DNA of 64,000 nucleotides, from NCBI GenBank assembly GCA_022605425.2, contig CM061249.1, positions 806,001 to 870,000 of the forward strand, read 5' to 3'. This DNA comes from Hamiltosporidium tvaerminnensis FI-OER-3-3 (taxonomy: Eukaryota; Fungi; Microsporidia). Of this stretch, positions 1 to 13,840 are shown piece after piece. Both the position numbers and the translations under genes were made by a program. A model generated the notes under the pieces. The model searched no databases, was not told the origin of the DNA, and saw only the letters and a list, made by a program, of their open reading frames with translations. The number at the start of each line of letters is the position of its first letter. The first letter of the stretch is position 1.

Positions 1-42
1 CCTTACTTTAAATTATATATGGAATATGAAATATTATTTTTT

Positions 43-217
43 AAACAGAAAAGGCTGTGAAGAGATTCTAGTAAAAATTGAAAAATAAGTGATATTTTTT
101 TCCAACTGAATTTTTTAAATACCAAGGAGTAAACAGAAAAGGCTGTGGAGATTCATGGAAAAATTGAAAAATAAGTGATAATTTTTTTTCAACTGAGTTT
201 TTGAAATACCAAGGAGG
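43..217 (+). repeat. Tandem 2 x ~88 bp upstream of syntaxin
   Basis: aaacagaaaaggctgtg...aaataccaaggag at 43 and 131; mirrored at ~19849-20022. Confidence 0.85.
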
Positions 218-401
218 AAACCAATAAACTCATTGTTTACCTTTTTTTATAATTTGATACTTTCCCCAAAGAATTCTTACCGATTTTCTTTTTACTTATA
301 ATTGAATCTTCTGAAGATTAAAAAAATTCTTTAAACAATAATTTGTGTATTTATTGTACTTAACCCCTTTAGATTTAAAGATTCCTAACTTAGAATAAAA
401 A

Positions 402-1166
402 ATGGATAGATCAAAAGAATTTATGGCAATTGTTACTTCTACTTTTATACCACAAAACTCTTTTAGAAATGCGTCTTCTCATTTCAAAGATTTCTTTATG
501 CATCTAGAAAAAATATCTATAAATTTAAAAGAAATTGAAAAGGGATGCATAAATAAACACATTTATGAAGATTTTACGTTTCAAGAGAAAATAGAAACAA
601 CGCAAATTTTAATTGAAGATTTAAAAAAAAATCTTTCAAATTTTATATTCGAAGCTAAAAATGAACAAGAAGAGTTAAATACTGAAAATATAAAAGAAAT
701 GATAAGAAATCGGTTGTATAAAAATGCTATTCTATTATCAAAATATTTAAATCGAATAGAAAAACAAAAGAAAAATGAAAAATTGCGAAGAAATCGATTT
801 TCTGCGGAACAAGAAAATAGAACCGTATCTGAAACTTCTGAAACGAATAATCAGTTACAAACTGAATTGTTAATAGAAGAAAATGAAATTCAAAATTTAA
901 GAGAACGTGTAAGAGAAAATATAGCATTACAAATAAATGAACTTGGTCAAGTTGTTTCTGATATTTCTCTTCATGTTTCAATGCAAGGAGAGAATCTTAA
1001 ACGAATAGATGACTTAATGGGAGATTCAAGAGGCTTTGTACAAAAAAGTACCCATGAAATCAACAAAACATGGAATATGATTAGAAATAGAAGAAATACT
1101 TTTATAAAGTTTTTCGGATTTTGGATATTCTTAACCTTTGTTTTCTGGATTCTTAAAAAAATGTGA
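402..1166 (+). CDS. Syntaxin (Qa t-SNARE), Sed5/syntaxin-5-like, copy 1
   Basis: N-peptide MDRSKEF, SNARE motif with Q layer (INELGQVVSDISLHVSMQGENLKRIDD), C-terminal TM anchor. Confidence 0.85.
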   Translation: MDRSKEFMAIVTSTFIPQNSFRNASSHFKDFFMHLEKISINLKEIEKGCINKHIYEDFTFQEKIETTQILIEDLKKNLSNFIFEAKNEQEELNTENIKEMIRNRLYKNAILLSKYLNRIEKQKKNEKLRRNRFSAEQENRTVSETSETNNQLQTELLIEENEIQNLRERVRENIALQINELGQVVSDISLHVSMQGENLKRIDDLMGDSRGFVQKSTHEINKTWNMIRNRRNTFIKFFGFWIFLTFVFWILKKM

Positions 1167-3951
1167 TATTCTTAAAATAATATATTAATTAAATGCTAAA
1201 TTTATATAATTAATTCGTTGTCTTAATCATATTATTTAATTATAATTTAATTTTTTTTAAAAAATAAATGAGGTATAATCGTATTATAAGTTTAAAGCTT
1301 AAAAAAATTACAGTTTCTTTGAAAAAATGAAATCTGCAGAAACCTTATAACTGAAAAATATATCTTGGTCTATTTTAGAATTTTTATAATTCTACTTTAT
1401 AAAAATCATAATTTTATATTTTAGAGTTTTTGCTAGTCAGTTTAATTTGTGTATTTTAGAAAAACTAAGAAAGCTTTAAGTATCGGATTCTTTATTTGTA
1501 AAATACTGATTGTTCGAGCAATTTAAAACAATAATAAAATGGAATGGGTTTAAAGGCAAACCTCTTTTGAATTACCTATTTTTATTTATTTAAATATTAT
1601 TGGTTGCGTTTAAACTTGAACAATCCACGTATTTCCATAATGCATGTATGAGTCTTTTAAAACATAATTTTATAGATGTAAATTCGGTTTTTTTTCATTC
1701 TTCAATTTTATAGAACGATAAGATCTGCAGATACGAAAATAACGGACTGTTGGAATTAATTTAGATATCTATGATTGAATCCTTACCAAAATATCGATTT
1801 AAATCTTTTTTTTGGTAATTTTTATTTGATTTAGTGTCTGTTATCAAATTAAATCGGTTTATAAATAGAAAACATAACCAGATACATAAAAACATACTGT
1901 ATTGGTTCTTAAACGCAAAAATTTTAATTTTATAAGTCATAAATTTTAAAGATACCTTATTATGATATGATGTATATTATTTAAACAACAAACCCTGGTG
2001 AATATTATTTGCTATAAATACGTCTTTTTTATTTAGAAATACCGTGTATGATTATTTTCTAAAAAATGAAATCAAAATCACTTATATTAAATTATATTTA
2101 TACAACCACGATGAAGTTTCAAAAGAAAAATACCCTTTTCATTGTCCTAAAATAGCCGAAGTGACTTTTTTTTTTATCAAAACATGAAAATATTCGAGTT
2201 AGCAGATGATAATAATTGAAAAATGTTGTAGTAATACGATAGAAAATGATATTTCATTGAGAAAATAATCATAGATATTGCCCTTAAAAGACTGTAAGCT
2301 TAAAAATTCACAATGAAAACCTAGCCTAAACTTTCTAAAGCGAATATTTAATTTAACTTCATTTCACAATATAATTTAAAATCTAAGATATAGATTTCAT
2401 TTGATAAACCACTTTCTAGGATATAAATATAATATGAAACCTCGCGATATAATAAAAACACGATAATATAAAAAAAATCTATCTATTTGATGACGGATAT
2501 AGTTACGCAGTTAAGATCATAGCTATAAAATTAATATCTTTTCTTGGATTTGAATATTTGTATTGTCGCTTTTTAATATCTATAATAATTTAACAATTAA
2601 ATCTATTTTCCTATAATAAAATTTCAAATAGTTTATGTGTTGTTTTAGTGTCATCTTGAAATGGAAATCGATAAGTCAAAACAGTGGAATTTTTAATTAT
2701 ATTAATTCATTTTTATATTTTTAAAATGATTTCTTATGTCTTTGCTTTGATAAAAATCCAAGTTAGTTTATACAGACCATATATACGAAAATCGCACAAT
2801 TTGGTTAAATATTCCGATTGTATTTTCTAGAACATCAGTTCAAAATAAGTGTTTTACTTATGTTAATCAACGAGATTATTCGTTTAAACATATATTTCTA
2901 TAAATTTAATATTTATTAGATTTTACCAAAGAAAACACATATTAATAACATTTGTTAGGAGTTGGGCAAATTGCATTGTTTGAAACTTGACATAGCCAAT
3001 TGGTCCTTTTAGTTATAAAATAAAAACACAAAAAAATAGCTTGCTTTACAATCATGGTGGTTTAACCGCGATGAAATTAAATTGAAATTCTGGAAATTTG
3101 TTTATTCGAGATCCATTAAAGCAATTTCTTAACTATCTATTTTTTCTATTAGATTTCGTCATTTCAACATTCTGGTCTTTTTCAAGCCTATGCCAATTAC
3201 AATAGAATTTATACATCATATTCTAGCTATTGAAAAAAATTCAGATTTGTGCTTGTTTGATTCTAACGGATAAGAATGTAATTCGAAAGTGAATAGAACT
3301 TTAAATATTTTTTCGAGCCCTTTGGATATTATTCTTTTGAGATGTCGCCTTTTCAGTCTGAAAAACCTCTTTTATTCAAAGAAAAGCTTATACCGATTGA
3401 AGGTTACATAGTTTTTTCGGAAGGAAATTCTGATATTTTGATCATTAGGCTACTGGAAAGCATGTTTTTCCACAAAAGTTGTATGTTTTTCATGGATCCA
3501 ACTGTTCTTTATAATCAACTTTAATCATGATGAATGTAAAATAATTACTGTTATAAGGAATTCAGCTATTAAAGCTTACTCTGTTAAAAACATAGATTAC
3601 CGGCTAGAAGACTCTATTATCAATTTTATCAAAACGCTCGACGAATTAGAACCTATCTTGACCATAATAAATAGTCTGCAAATCTTTATGCGAAAATTTC
3701 AATCGAATCAATTTGAACATATAATTTAGTTTAGATTATGCTTTTTTTCAGAACATAATATTAAAGAAATACAGGAAATTTTTTATTTTACATGTCTTAG
3801 TTTTTATACTATTGGTACCACAAAGGAAATACAAAATCATGGAAAATTAATGAAATTTTGAGCTACACTGCTTCCATTGAAATGCTATTTTAAGTTAAAA
3901 GGAAAAACAATGTTTTTTAGTTTCAATTAAATAGATTTAATATTTTTATAT

Positions 3952-4160
3952 TGATTAGGATATCAGAATTTACTTCCGTTGAGCCAGATTCGATCCCCCG
4001 GTTGGTGCACTCTTTATCTTTCGTTCAGAAAGTTTGCGTGAGGTTGACAACCATGCCAATAAAAAGAAAATTGTCCATGGAACATCTATAACTTGAAGAA
4101 GCTTTGATTCACTATTGGGTTCTGTTCTCCCCATAGAGAAGGAGCGAGCTATTAAATAAA
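3952..4160 (+). mobile_element. tRNA-headed SINE-like element, 5'-truncated copy
   Basis: T-arm/B-box-like GCCAGATTCGATCCCCCGG plus acceptor end TTGGTGCA; ~150 bp body homologous to 12912-13059 (-). Confidence 0.55.
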
Positions 4161-4750
4161 AATCAAATATTTCTTTTACCATCAATATTTGCCAAATTTT
4201 GTGAAAGAATTTCATTTTTACCAGACGGAACAAATTTTAGGATTATAATCTTCATATAATCGATTATTGTATATTGAAAACCATAATATAAATAGCTTTA
4301 CTTTTAAATCGGAAAATAATTCGATTTAATTATTTCTAACAACTGATACACTTCAATTTATAAAAAAACCCATCCTAATTCAGACAAAAATTGCAGCTAT
4401 ATTTTACAAAAGCCTCGTAATAAAAAGTTACATTCTTTTATTTCAAATTTAGGCTTATAAACATGAGGCTTTAAACATTCATAATTTACATATTTAAAGC
4501 CAACCGTCTCAAATTTAGACAAATCACTAATTGAAACTAGAAATAATTATCAAACCTGTATAATGCTTTAATAAAACTTTTTTATGAAAGTAAAAAATTA
4601 TAGCAAGTTTTACAATTTTTTTTAGCAGTTTTTCGATTTTTGAATCTACCAAAGACTGATTTTTTTAAACAGTTAGTTTTTTTAAGAATGAAATTTATAA
4701 AAAAATATTCGTAATCTAAATAATTTAATAAAAGAACAAGTTACAAAAAG

Positions 4751-5947
4751 TTAAACATCGACATTTTTATAAAAATAGCATTGATCTCCCAATGCAGCAA
4801 CAATATTATTATCTTCAACTGCAATATTTCGAATTCGAGTTGAAAAATCCACAGTTTCAAGATCACTGATTTCACCAACACTGATTTCTTCAGTTGCAAA
4901 TGAAACTTTATCCAAAATAAATATTTTATTACCGAAATTGCCTGTTACAATCTTGTTTTGACTCACTTCAACCAAAAATTTCTCATAAGCAGTTTGACTC
5001 TCAAAAATATCATCTATTAAATTTCCATCTGAATGAAAAACCTTCACACTTTTTAATTCTTTATTTGTATTTCTCGTATCAAATAATGTGAGAGAACTTA
5101 GATCTCGTGCTACAATCGTATGATCATCGCAAAACCTAAAATCCGAAATTGATTTCATCAAATCATCAAAAACAGAACTATTCGTTCTTTTTCCCATTGT
5201 CATAACCTTTCCCGATGAACTTTTTATTCTAAGATCTTGAATATTTATTTCTCCTTTACTTGTTGAATAACCAAAAACCATATCATCGTCACATTTAAAT
5301 CTACTAGATGTTATAACATAAGCAAGTTCTTCATATCTAGTTGGTTTTATATCAATTATACAAAATGCTTTATCCATATTACGTGTACACCACAAATTTA
5401 TTTTAAGATAATCGCTAGATAATAAATACTCTGAATTTAATGATGAATGAAGTGAATTTATGGTATAAAGATGTATATTTCTTTGTTCTTTCAACATATC
5501 AAATTTATAACTTCCTGATTTATACATTAGTTTAGATTTTCTTGGAATAACATTCTTTGCTTCTCTATTCTTATTATTTGTTACAGGTTGAATATTTACT
5601 TCTTTAGAAATAATTTTTGCGGTTGGAATATCTAATTTACAATTCCATACTTTAATACTTTTTTCATTTGAAAGAAAAAGAATATCTGAAATTCCACCAT
5701 CCTGAATAATTTCAGCACACACAATTTTCTCTTGAATATCGCTACTTTCTAAATAATCAAATTCAGAAACATGGCTTTGTAATTCGTAATGTTTAGTTTG
5801 TGGATCATTGTAACACTCAAATTTTCCATCAGCTCGTCCTACATATAATTTTTGATTTTTAAATGTTACAAAGGTAATTAGTTCAGTGTTATTATAAGTT
5901 GTGGATGAAAGATTTGCGATTTGAACAATATCCGTATTTGTCCACAT
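4751..5947 (-). CDS. CDC55: PP2A regulatory subunit B (B55/Cdc55), WD40
   Basis: QSHVSEFDYLES, IQEKI, HLYTINSL, LSSDYLKINLW, IIDIKP..EEL..VIT, SISDFRF motifs. Likely start is the ATG at 5947 (MWTNT); the ORF track starts at an upstream TTG. Confidence 0.9.
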   Translation of the reverse strand: MWTNTDIVQIANLSSTTYNNTELITFVTFKNQKLYVGRADGKFECYNDPQTKHYELQSHVSEFDYLESSDIQEKIVCAEIIQDGGISDILFLSNEKSIKVWNCKLDIPTAKIISKEVNIQPVTNNKNREAKNVIPRKSKLMYKSGSYKFDMLKEQRNIHLYTINSLHSSLNSEYLLSSDYLKINLWCTRNMDKAFCIIDIKPTRYEELAYVITSSRFKCDDDMVFGYSTSKGEINIQDLRIKSSSGKVMTMGKRTNSSVFDDLMKSISDFRFCDDHTIVARDLSSLTLFDTRNTNKELKSVKVFHSDGNLIDDIFESQTAYEKFLVEVSQNKIVTGNFGNKIFILDKVSFATEEISVGEISDLETVDFSTRIRNIAVEDNNIVAALGDQCYFYKNVDV

Positions 5948-6569
5948 TGAAGGATGGTTGCTCAAAATAAAATAAATAATAAATAATTGGTTTTGGGTCA
6001 AAAATAGTATTTACCTTCATTTTTTAATAAAAATTTATGATTTTACGAATTCTTTGAATAAATAGAAAAATAATGAACGAAATTAACTTTTTTAATAAGA
6101 AAAATATTTTTTTTAGGTTTCAAAAATAAAAAAAGAAATTTACAAAAATTACAAGAAAAATATATTTTTTAAGTTCATTTTAGAAATTTAAAAAACGAAA
6201 AGAATATGTAATTTATGATTGATTTTAAAGTTCGTAAAAAAACAAATTTATGAATCTCAAAAAAAATTTATAAAAAAAATTATTTTCGACTGTTTAAAAT
6301 TTAGTTCTTTCAACATATAGTTCATAAAAACATTTTACATTACTAAGTTTATTTCCTCAGTAAGTATGAATCAATATTTTTTTTAGATCTTTAGATTCTA
6401 GATTTATAAAATGTAAATTAAAATCAAAAAAGGAAAACTCAAATTTATTTCTTAGAAAAAATATTAAGGTTTAAAAAATATTACTCTGGATTAATAAATT
6501 ACTAAAATTGGAAATACAAAGTTTTCCATTTAGTAAATTATATTTCAAACTAAGATAAATATGATAATT

Positions 6570-7110
6570 AAACAATAAAAATTATCTGCCTTGAAATTAT
6601 TAGGAGTAATTGGTGTGTAGACTATTCATCCAATTTTTTGTAGGATTTAAACCGCATTACACTTTCGGTTTTAATATGAAAATTTGTATATGAAATGAAG
6701 ATCTATAAATTATTGAATTTTAAAAAAATTCTTTTTGGAATTTGACCTGTTTAGATTGAAAACTATGATTAAATATGTAAGTAGTTTTTATGTAAAAGCA
6801 TACAAAAATAGCCTTTCTCACACCAGTTAGAAGAATTAAACCTAAGAAATACAAGAAAATACCTTTAAAAAAGCAATAAATGCTATCCTATTATACCTCT
6901 GATAAGAAATATGAACATTCAGGGGAACATATACAGAGCACATAAATATATATGGGATGTAGTAGATCGGGTTTAAAATCTTAGAATTTTAAACGAATTT
7001 ATGTCTTGCTTAAGCGCAAGACACGTTTAGACCTGCGATCAATTGATTTAACGGAATTCAGGAAATTTTCACTTCAATCAAATGGGTTCTACACACCTTT
7101 AGGGGCTAAA
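6570..7110 (+). repeat. Dispersed ~700-bp repeat family, highly diverged copy D
   Basis: atgtaaaagcat...tagcctttctcac...gttagaaga and ggttctacacacct match the 26400-27075 copy in the same order. Confidence 0.65.
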
Positions 7111-7519
7111 CCCGAAATTTTTAATTTAATGAATACTGATGAGCTCGAAGTTGCAGCCACTTAGTTTAAACTTAGACTTGGTTGAATTTCATAAAATGAA
7201 ATATAACACGTGCAACTGTTTTTCTTAAAAATTTGATATTTATTGTGTAAAATAAAATAAAATTTGATTTTAAATTTATAAAAAACAGTAGCTTATGAAA
7301 ATTAAATTTTTGAATTAAAACATAAAATTAACATTGAAATGAAACCATTGGAAATGTTTTTACGTTTAATTTTATTCACAAATATTTGCTAATGTTTTAT
7401 TATTGACTTATTTAAAATTAAATCGAAATGAAATCAAAATATTTTTTTACCGGTGAACAATTTATTGAACTAATCTCGTTTTAATTAGTATTTCAATAAA
7501 AAAATTGGTAAAGAGATAA

Positions 7520-7618
7520 AAACTACTTTAAAACCCATCTGCTTTGCAATGTGTGTGCGGAATTGGTGTGAAAATTATTGTTGGGATATCGATGGGATAC
7601 AAAAAACACCAGATCTGT
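7520..7618 (+). repeat. Same family, short fragment of the left end (E)
   Basis: tctgctttgcaatgtgtgtgcggaattggtgtga resembles tctgcttggcaatgagtgtgtgaaactggtgtga (26432). Confidence 0.65.
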
Positions 7619-10391
7619 AAAAGAATCCCACATAATACGAGTTACAACAGATTAAATAAAACAAATAGAAAACTCCCATATGTTTATCCTCCACGCTGAG
7701 AGATAAAAAAACTAGATTTCTAAGCAAGAACGGTTTTATAATACTAGGAAAATATATTTTATCACCAGAAGTCAATAAAAATAAACAAAATATGCATTGG
7801 TTGTCTAAAAAATGCTGCTTGTATATAAAACGAAATAAATTTTATTAAAAAAATCCGAATTAAATTTCCGGATTTACCAATATAAATTTGATTCTATTAA
7901 AAAATCTAATTCCCTATTATACTGTAATAAAAGAAAGATATTTTTTCTGAAATTTTATTAGATTAAATTAACCAGAATTTTTTTATTATCATTTATAATC
8001 AGAATTATTGTTATGGTTTTTAAGCTTATAAAGTATTTTTCATAGAAATAAATTCTCATTTTATATTTCTTTAAATAGATTATTCAAGTAAACCTTTTCT
8101 TATTATGTAAATATTATTAAGTAAAATAAAATGAGAATTTATCAAATTATTTTATTAACTTTAAAAATTTTTTCACTTCGTTTGTCATATACACCATATA
8201 ATACAAAACTAGATGGTAGATTCTCGTTTGTAAAATATCATATTCATGTTCTATTGTTTCTTGAGATGATAATGAAGGAAATATTTAAAAACGAAAAAAT
8301 GTTAAAAATAATTCTGGATTTTGAAACTTTAAAAATACATTTAAAAATAAAGGAAAATGTCTAGGTGGTTTTGAACATGTTTTTTGTTAAAGATTATACA
8401 AACATATTAATTATATTAGTTATATTAAAACCTTTCATAATGTATATAAATGTTTTGTTTTTAAATATTTTTGAGAAATGATTATATTTTTAATCTCTAA
8501 AAAATTTTAAAATTTAAAACAAAGGTCTCTAAACTGTTTGGCTCACAGGCTACCTTGACTTTAAAAAAAAGTCCCCCAGGCCTAAACTCCTTAAATTTTA
8601 TGTGATTTTACTGAAAAAAATTCGAATGTTAAATTACAAGTATTTTTAAATCAAATTTTTAAGTTTCATATAGATATTCATAAAATGACATGTCTAATAA
8701 CGATATTTATATATAAAAATAAGCAAATGAATTTCTGAAATACTTTAAGAGTCTTCCAGCCATGCAATTCAATCACATTCATAAAATTGCTCGAAGTTTT
8801 ATCTCCGCTTTTTCTCTTCAAATTTGCGTGAAAAAATGTTCTCACTTATGAAAGAAAAAAGAATATCTACAGATTTAAATTAACAGATGAGCACTAGAAG
8901 TCATCACTGGTGATCTCTACCAGTAAATTTAATCCGAAATTTCAACAAATTTTCACCACAAAATCTCAACTTTATCAACTCATTATAGTAAATTATTCGA
9001 TATGTTTTTTTGTAATGCATTCTGATTATTTGTATAAATTTATAGAAAAAAATTGTCAGTTTAAAAAAAAACTCTAAACTCTACAAATTTTCTTTTAAGT
9101 ACAAAAGAATACCTAAATTATATATTATTTCGATTATCTTTGTATGATATCTATATATTTTTATTTTATTTCTTTAGTTAAAAAAAAACTTAATAAAAAA
9201 AAATCGTAGCAGGTCAACAAAATGTATCTGCGCCCAATGAAAAGTGTTTGCAAGACGTAGTATTGAGACCTCGGTTTTAATAAAAGATTTTTTGCTCTAA
9301 AAATTCTTTATAAAAATTTTGGAACTAAAAATATGAACTAATATATCTTAAATTTTGTTAAAATAATTCTTTTGAATTTAATTGTAATTCTCATTTTCTA
9401 TAAAATCAAACATATTTTTTATTGTCATAAAAAGGTATGAAATTTTATGGCAAAAACAATTCCTAAATAAAATAAAACATTTTCTATGCAATTATTGAGG
9501 AGCAAATTGCTGTTTATAAATTTAATTATTTCTAAACATATAGTTCATTGAAAAACCGCGTATAGAAAAGAAATATTAAAAAGAATTATTTCACTTATTA
9601 CGAAAGTAAATTTTCAAATGGTTTTAAGAACTGATCAATCGAAAAAAATTCATGGTTTTGTTTTTTATAAAGAACTTGTGAGTATTTTGATTTAATAGTG
9701 AATTTTTTTGAATTTCTCTAACTTAATTTAATCAATTAATATTTAAAAATTAGTCAGAAATGGTTAGATTAATTATATTAACTAAACAGGTAAATGGGTT
9801 AATTTGTTTAAGTAGTTAGTTATTAGAGTAAAAATAGATTAATAAATGAGATTGAGAAATTTACGAAAGGAATATGAGACAACGATTTTTATTTTTAAAA
9901 GCAAAGAATTAGATATTTTAGAATTTATTTATAAATGCATATCCTACAAACTATTAAATATAAATTTCATGGATTGAAAGTTAAATTCAAAACTTTTAAA
10001 ACTTACTGAGAATTCATTTATTACACATTCTTTCTCAAAATGGTTGTTTTGTTCAATATGAATAAAAAATTAATTTAATAAATATAAAAAAATCAAGTAA
10101 AAAATTCCAAATTTTAAAAAAAAAAATTGTTTAATCTCGGTAACTATTTTGTTACCTTTGAAAAGAGAAATGGAAACCACACTTTTAATGATATGACAAA
10201 GGGTTTAGAATATGTTGTTGAATTAATATTTTCCATTTCATAAAATAAATTGTAAATTAAAAACTATAAATCAAAATATAAAAATGGTAAATTTTTTATT
10301 ATTGGAATTTAAATATAATTCTATATTTAGAAGAAAATTAAATTTAGGTTTATTAATTTTCATGTATATATTAAACAAAAATTAACGGTTA

Positions 10392-10856
10392 ATGAATAAT
10401 CATTTGATAGACGCTCCACCAACATATGAACAAGTTTTTAGGGAAAATGCTGCACATAATGAAGATAATGGTTCTATTACCTCGGGTTCTACAATTTCAG
10501 ATTCCAATGCTTCGGTTTCTACCATCAATATAATCATTACTAAACCAGCAAAACTCGATTTCATGGTCGTAACTTGTATGGAATGGAAAAATTACAATCT
10601 TAGTAAAATTTTAATATTTAGTCTGCTGATTTCATGGATAGAATTAATTAATCAATATCATTTTCAGATAGATTCTATTACTAATTCGGTATTAGGAATC
10701 CATTTAATACTTTGCGGTGTTTTTATAATGGCTGTATTAAAAAGAAGTAAAGAAGGAATCGGCTATTTAAAGATTGTGCTAGTTGTATTAACCTATATCG
10801 GACTTTTTATAACCGTTAATACTCTATCGAATATGCTGAAAAATCCGAATAAATAA
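10392..10856 (+). CDS. Small membrane protein with N-terminal PPxY motif and ~3 TM helices
   Basis: APPTYEQV, S/T-rich linker, three hydrophobic segments; stop overlaps AATAAA. Confidence 0.7.
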   Translation: MNNHLIDAPPTYEQVFRENAAHNEDNGSITSGSTISDSNASVSTINIIITKPAKLDFMVVTCMEWKNYNLSKILIFSLLISWIELINQYHFQIDSITNSVLGIHLILCGVFIMAVLKRSKEGIGYLKIVLVVLTYIGLFITVNTLSNMLKNPNK

Positions 10857-12911
10857 AAGAGATTTATTGATTTTCATTTATTTCTCTTTGTTTTTGGAGG
10901 TTAAAGAATATTTGTATTAGGGTGAAATATATTGTAAGAACATGATATGCAGTATGTATATTATTGTTGTACGATGTGTTTGAAAGTTTTTGGGTTTAAG
11001 TATTAAATCCAGAGATGAAGGTTTTGTTTTTTTATAAAATTTAAAATTTAGTAATGTTTTGGTAACATTAAATATTAATATCTAATATTTTTTAACCTAT
11101 GTGGGTTTGATATATTTATCTTCTAATTGGTTGTGCTACATTAAAAAGTTGATTTGTATTCAAAAAGAGCGATCAGGTAATTTCTGAAAGAGCACATAAT
11201 AATTTCTGAGCCAAAAACAAATATAAATCTTGCTTCAAAATTAAGTTATAATAAAAACATCAATAATTCTAATTTATCTAATATAAATGAAAAAATTTAG
11301 AATTATTTTTCTATTGTATAAATTATCGATACTTTTTTAGAAACAGAAAGAGTAGTACGAGGCTAACTTAAGTCATATTACTATACAGACCCAGCTGTTT
11401 TAAGCCATCCTTTATACTTTAAAAGAAATTATAACTAAATTTTTATTCGGCGAGAAAGTCGTTTTTTGCTTCTTTTTTAGGAAAGAAAGCTAAATGACAC
11501 AAAAAAAATATTTGATTTTATAATTTTGTTTGAAGCCACTATTTTAATCCTTAAAAAATAATCTAAAAATCTGAAATAATCAACAATTTTAGGATTGAGG
11601 TCGAAATTCAAAACAATTTAATTTTTAAACTCTGAATCTGTTTCAAGGACCAGTAAGTGTCTAAACAACCATAGGGAATAATATTTTTATAAAAAAATCA
11701 CAATGAAAAGATTTAAAATGCCCATATAGCGAGATTATTTTCTAAAGCGAGTTTAATTTAGATATATCTAATTGCATTTAAAAATAATGTATAGTCGAGA
11801 AATTATGGACATTACCTGGTTTCATCAATATGATATATATATATATATAAATATTACACAGGTAAAAATTAACACTAGTCTTCTGAGAGCTTTAAATATT
11901 TTTGCATTGAAGTTATGTATTTTCCCCATGCCATATAATTTTATTTAAAAAATATTCGAGGTTTATCCTTAGCATAAAATGCTCCTAGAATACTGTTTTT
12001 TGGGTATATAAAGTCCATTTTAGAATTCTTTATGAAAATAAAATAAGCCATAAATAAATTTTCTATGTGCTTCAAACCATTCGTTTATATTTAATTCCCG
12101 GACATAGGCGAATCATTAAGTGCGCTTGTTGGTGTTACTTTTGTTTTACTACTACTACTACTAAATGATGCTTTCGCTCTTTAATAGTTCTGGCATCCTT
12201 ACTGATTTTAAATTATTATTTCTTTTCGCTTTCGTAACAATAGGATTTTGTGAATATGTGTTTTAGCCGTATGCTCAACCTCCTACTTTATCTAGACTAG
12301 GATCAGCAGAACAGAAATTATCGTATCTTTGCTAGTATTTAATTTTGTATCTGCAGAGACAAAATATAAGAAATATCAAAAAAAATAAAAATATCTTCAC
12401 ATTATAAAGGGAAATGTTAAATTATACGGTTTATAATCGAGATTTCCAAACATAAGAGCTAAAATAACATCTATTTAAATCATTGGCATAGAACTATTAC
12501 TTTTCAATCCAACCCTCAAGTATTTTCATAGAAGAAGTTATGATCAAATTAAATTATAAAAATGTAATATACCTGGACAAAAACTGATATTTAAGTGCTT
12601 GAAAATATATAAAACGAAAATTTATACTAAATTGGTGGCTTAATGTTCAAATTTAATTCAAATAATATCACAAGTACCTACAGACTATCAGATCGATGCA
12701 CGGGGAGTATAAAATAGTACTTATATGATGTGAAAGAAAGATGTGAAAAAATGTTAAAAACGTAATTTTGATATGCACGAACAAACTCACACTGATCTTT
12801 AGACAAAAAATTATACATTTGTAAAAATTAAAAAATAATAAACGGAACGTAATAACCTATTTACAATTATTATTTTCAAAAATAGAGAGATGGTTTATTA
12901 TAAGCTTCGGC

Positions 12912-13130
12912 TTATTTTATAACCCACTCTTTGTCTACGGATGGAACACAATTCAACGATGAATCATAACCACGCCAAGTTCTGAGCATTCAAAGACAAT
13001 TTTCTTTTGATGGACTAGGCTTTCTGCATCACGCAAACTTTCCAAAGAAAGATAAAGGGTGCAATAACCGGGGATCAATCCGGCTCTTCGGTAGGCAATT
13101 CCGAAATCCTCATCACTAGACCATTGGCTT
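12912..13130 (-). mobile_element. tRNA-headed SINE-like element; degenerate tRNA head 13060-13130
   Basis: Minus strand: A-box TGGTCTAGTGA, D-arm AGGATT, stem TCGG/CCGA, T-arm CCGGATTGATCCCCGG, 3' TTATTGCA; body shared with 4009-4160. Confidence 0.6.
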
Positions 13131-13840
13131 GGATTAAGTGACAAAAGAATAATCTAAAAAGTATAATGAACCACATGTTTAACTAAATTAGAAAGAATTA
13201 CAGAAAAGTAAAATTGTGGTCTGAAATCCATGATTTATTTGACAAATTTGCAAGCAATTTTTTCTCAATTCATAACATCATATAGAAGTATAGTTATTGT
13301 TTTTACCAAAGCTCTGAAAATAAAATGTTTAATCCATTTTGCAGAACAGTAATTTTTTTGTCTATTAAATTCCTTTAAAATGCAATTTTTTGATTTTAAA
13401 TTATTTTCAATACCAGATTCTAATTCGCCATCATCATAAAAAAATTATCAGAATATGATATCTATAATTTGATTGTTAAGAAACCAGGGGCTTAAATAGA
13501 TTTATATGATTTCAAACCTATGAATAAAGAAAGAGCCAATCAGTTAGATTTCTTCCTTAATTGCTTGCTTAAATTTACTAAAAGAAGATTCCAAGGGTTT
13601 GGTCTTATTTAATACATATTATGGTTTTCAGAGTGTTTTGGAAATTATAATAAATATTTAAACGATTTTTTAATATGTGGTCTGCAAAGACTTTTCTAAT
13701 ATTTATGAATATAATAATCAATGATAACTTATTCGATTTATCCCTGTAGTTTTTTATTACCATACAATGGTGAAATTATATTTATAATTTTAATTTAGTA
13801 AATTTTAGAAAATAAATATAAATATATTTTAAAACTAAAT

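Larger units (their letters stand above)
1..1326 (+). repeat. Left arm of inverted segmental duplication (partner 18741-20065); may extend beyond window start
   Basis: 1-25 is the reverse complement of 20041-20065; similarity ends at ctttgaaaaa (1317-1326, matching 18741-18750). Confidence 0.95.

Noticed and set aside
6967-7115. RNase MRP/P-like RNA (terminal 9-bp pairing, GGGGCTAA)
   Set aside because: No CR-I GAAAGUCCCC; region is explained as diverged repeat copy D.
7136-7150. Hammerhead-like CTGATGAGCTCGAAG (also CTGATGAG at ~51448)
   Set aside because: No GAAA core and no supportable stems I and III.
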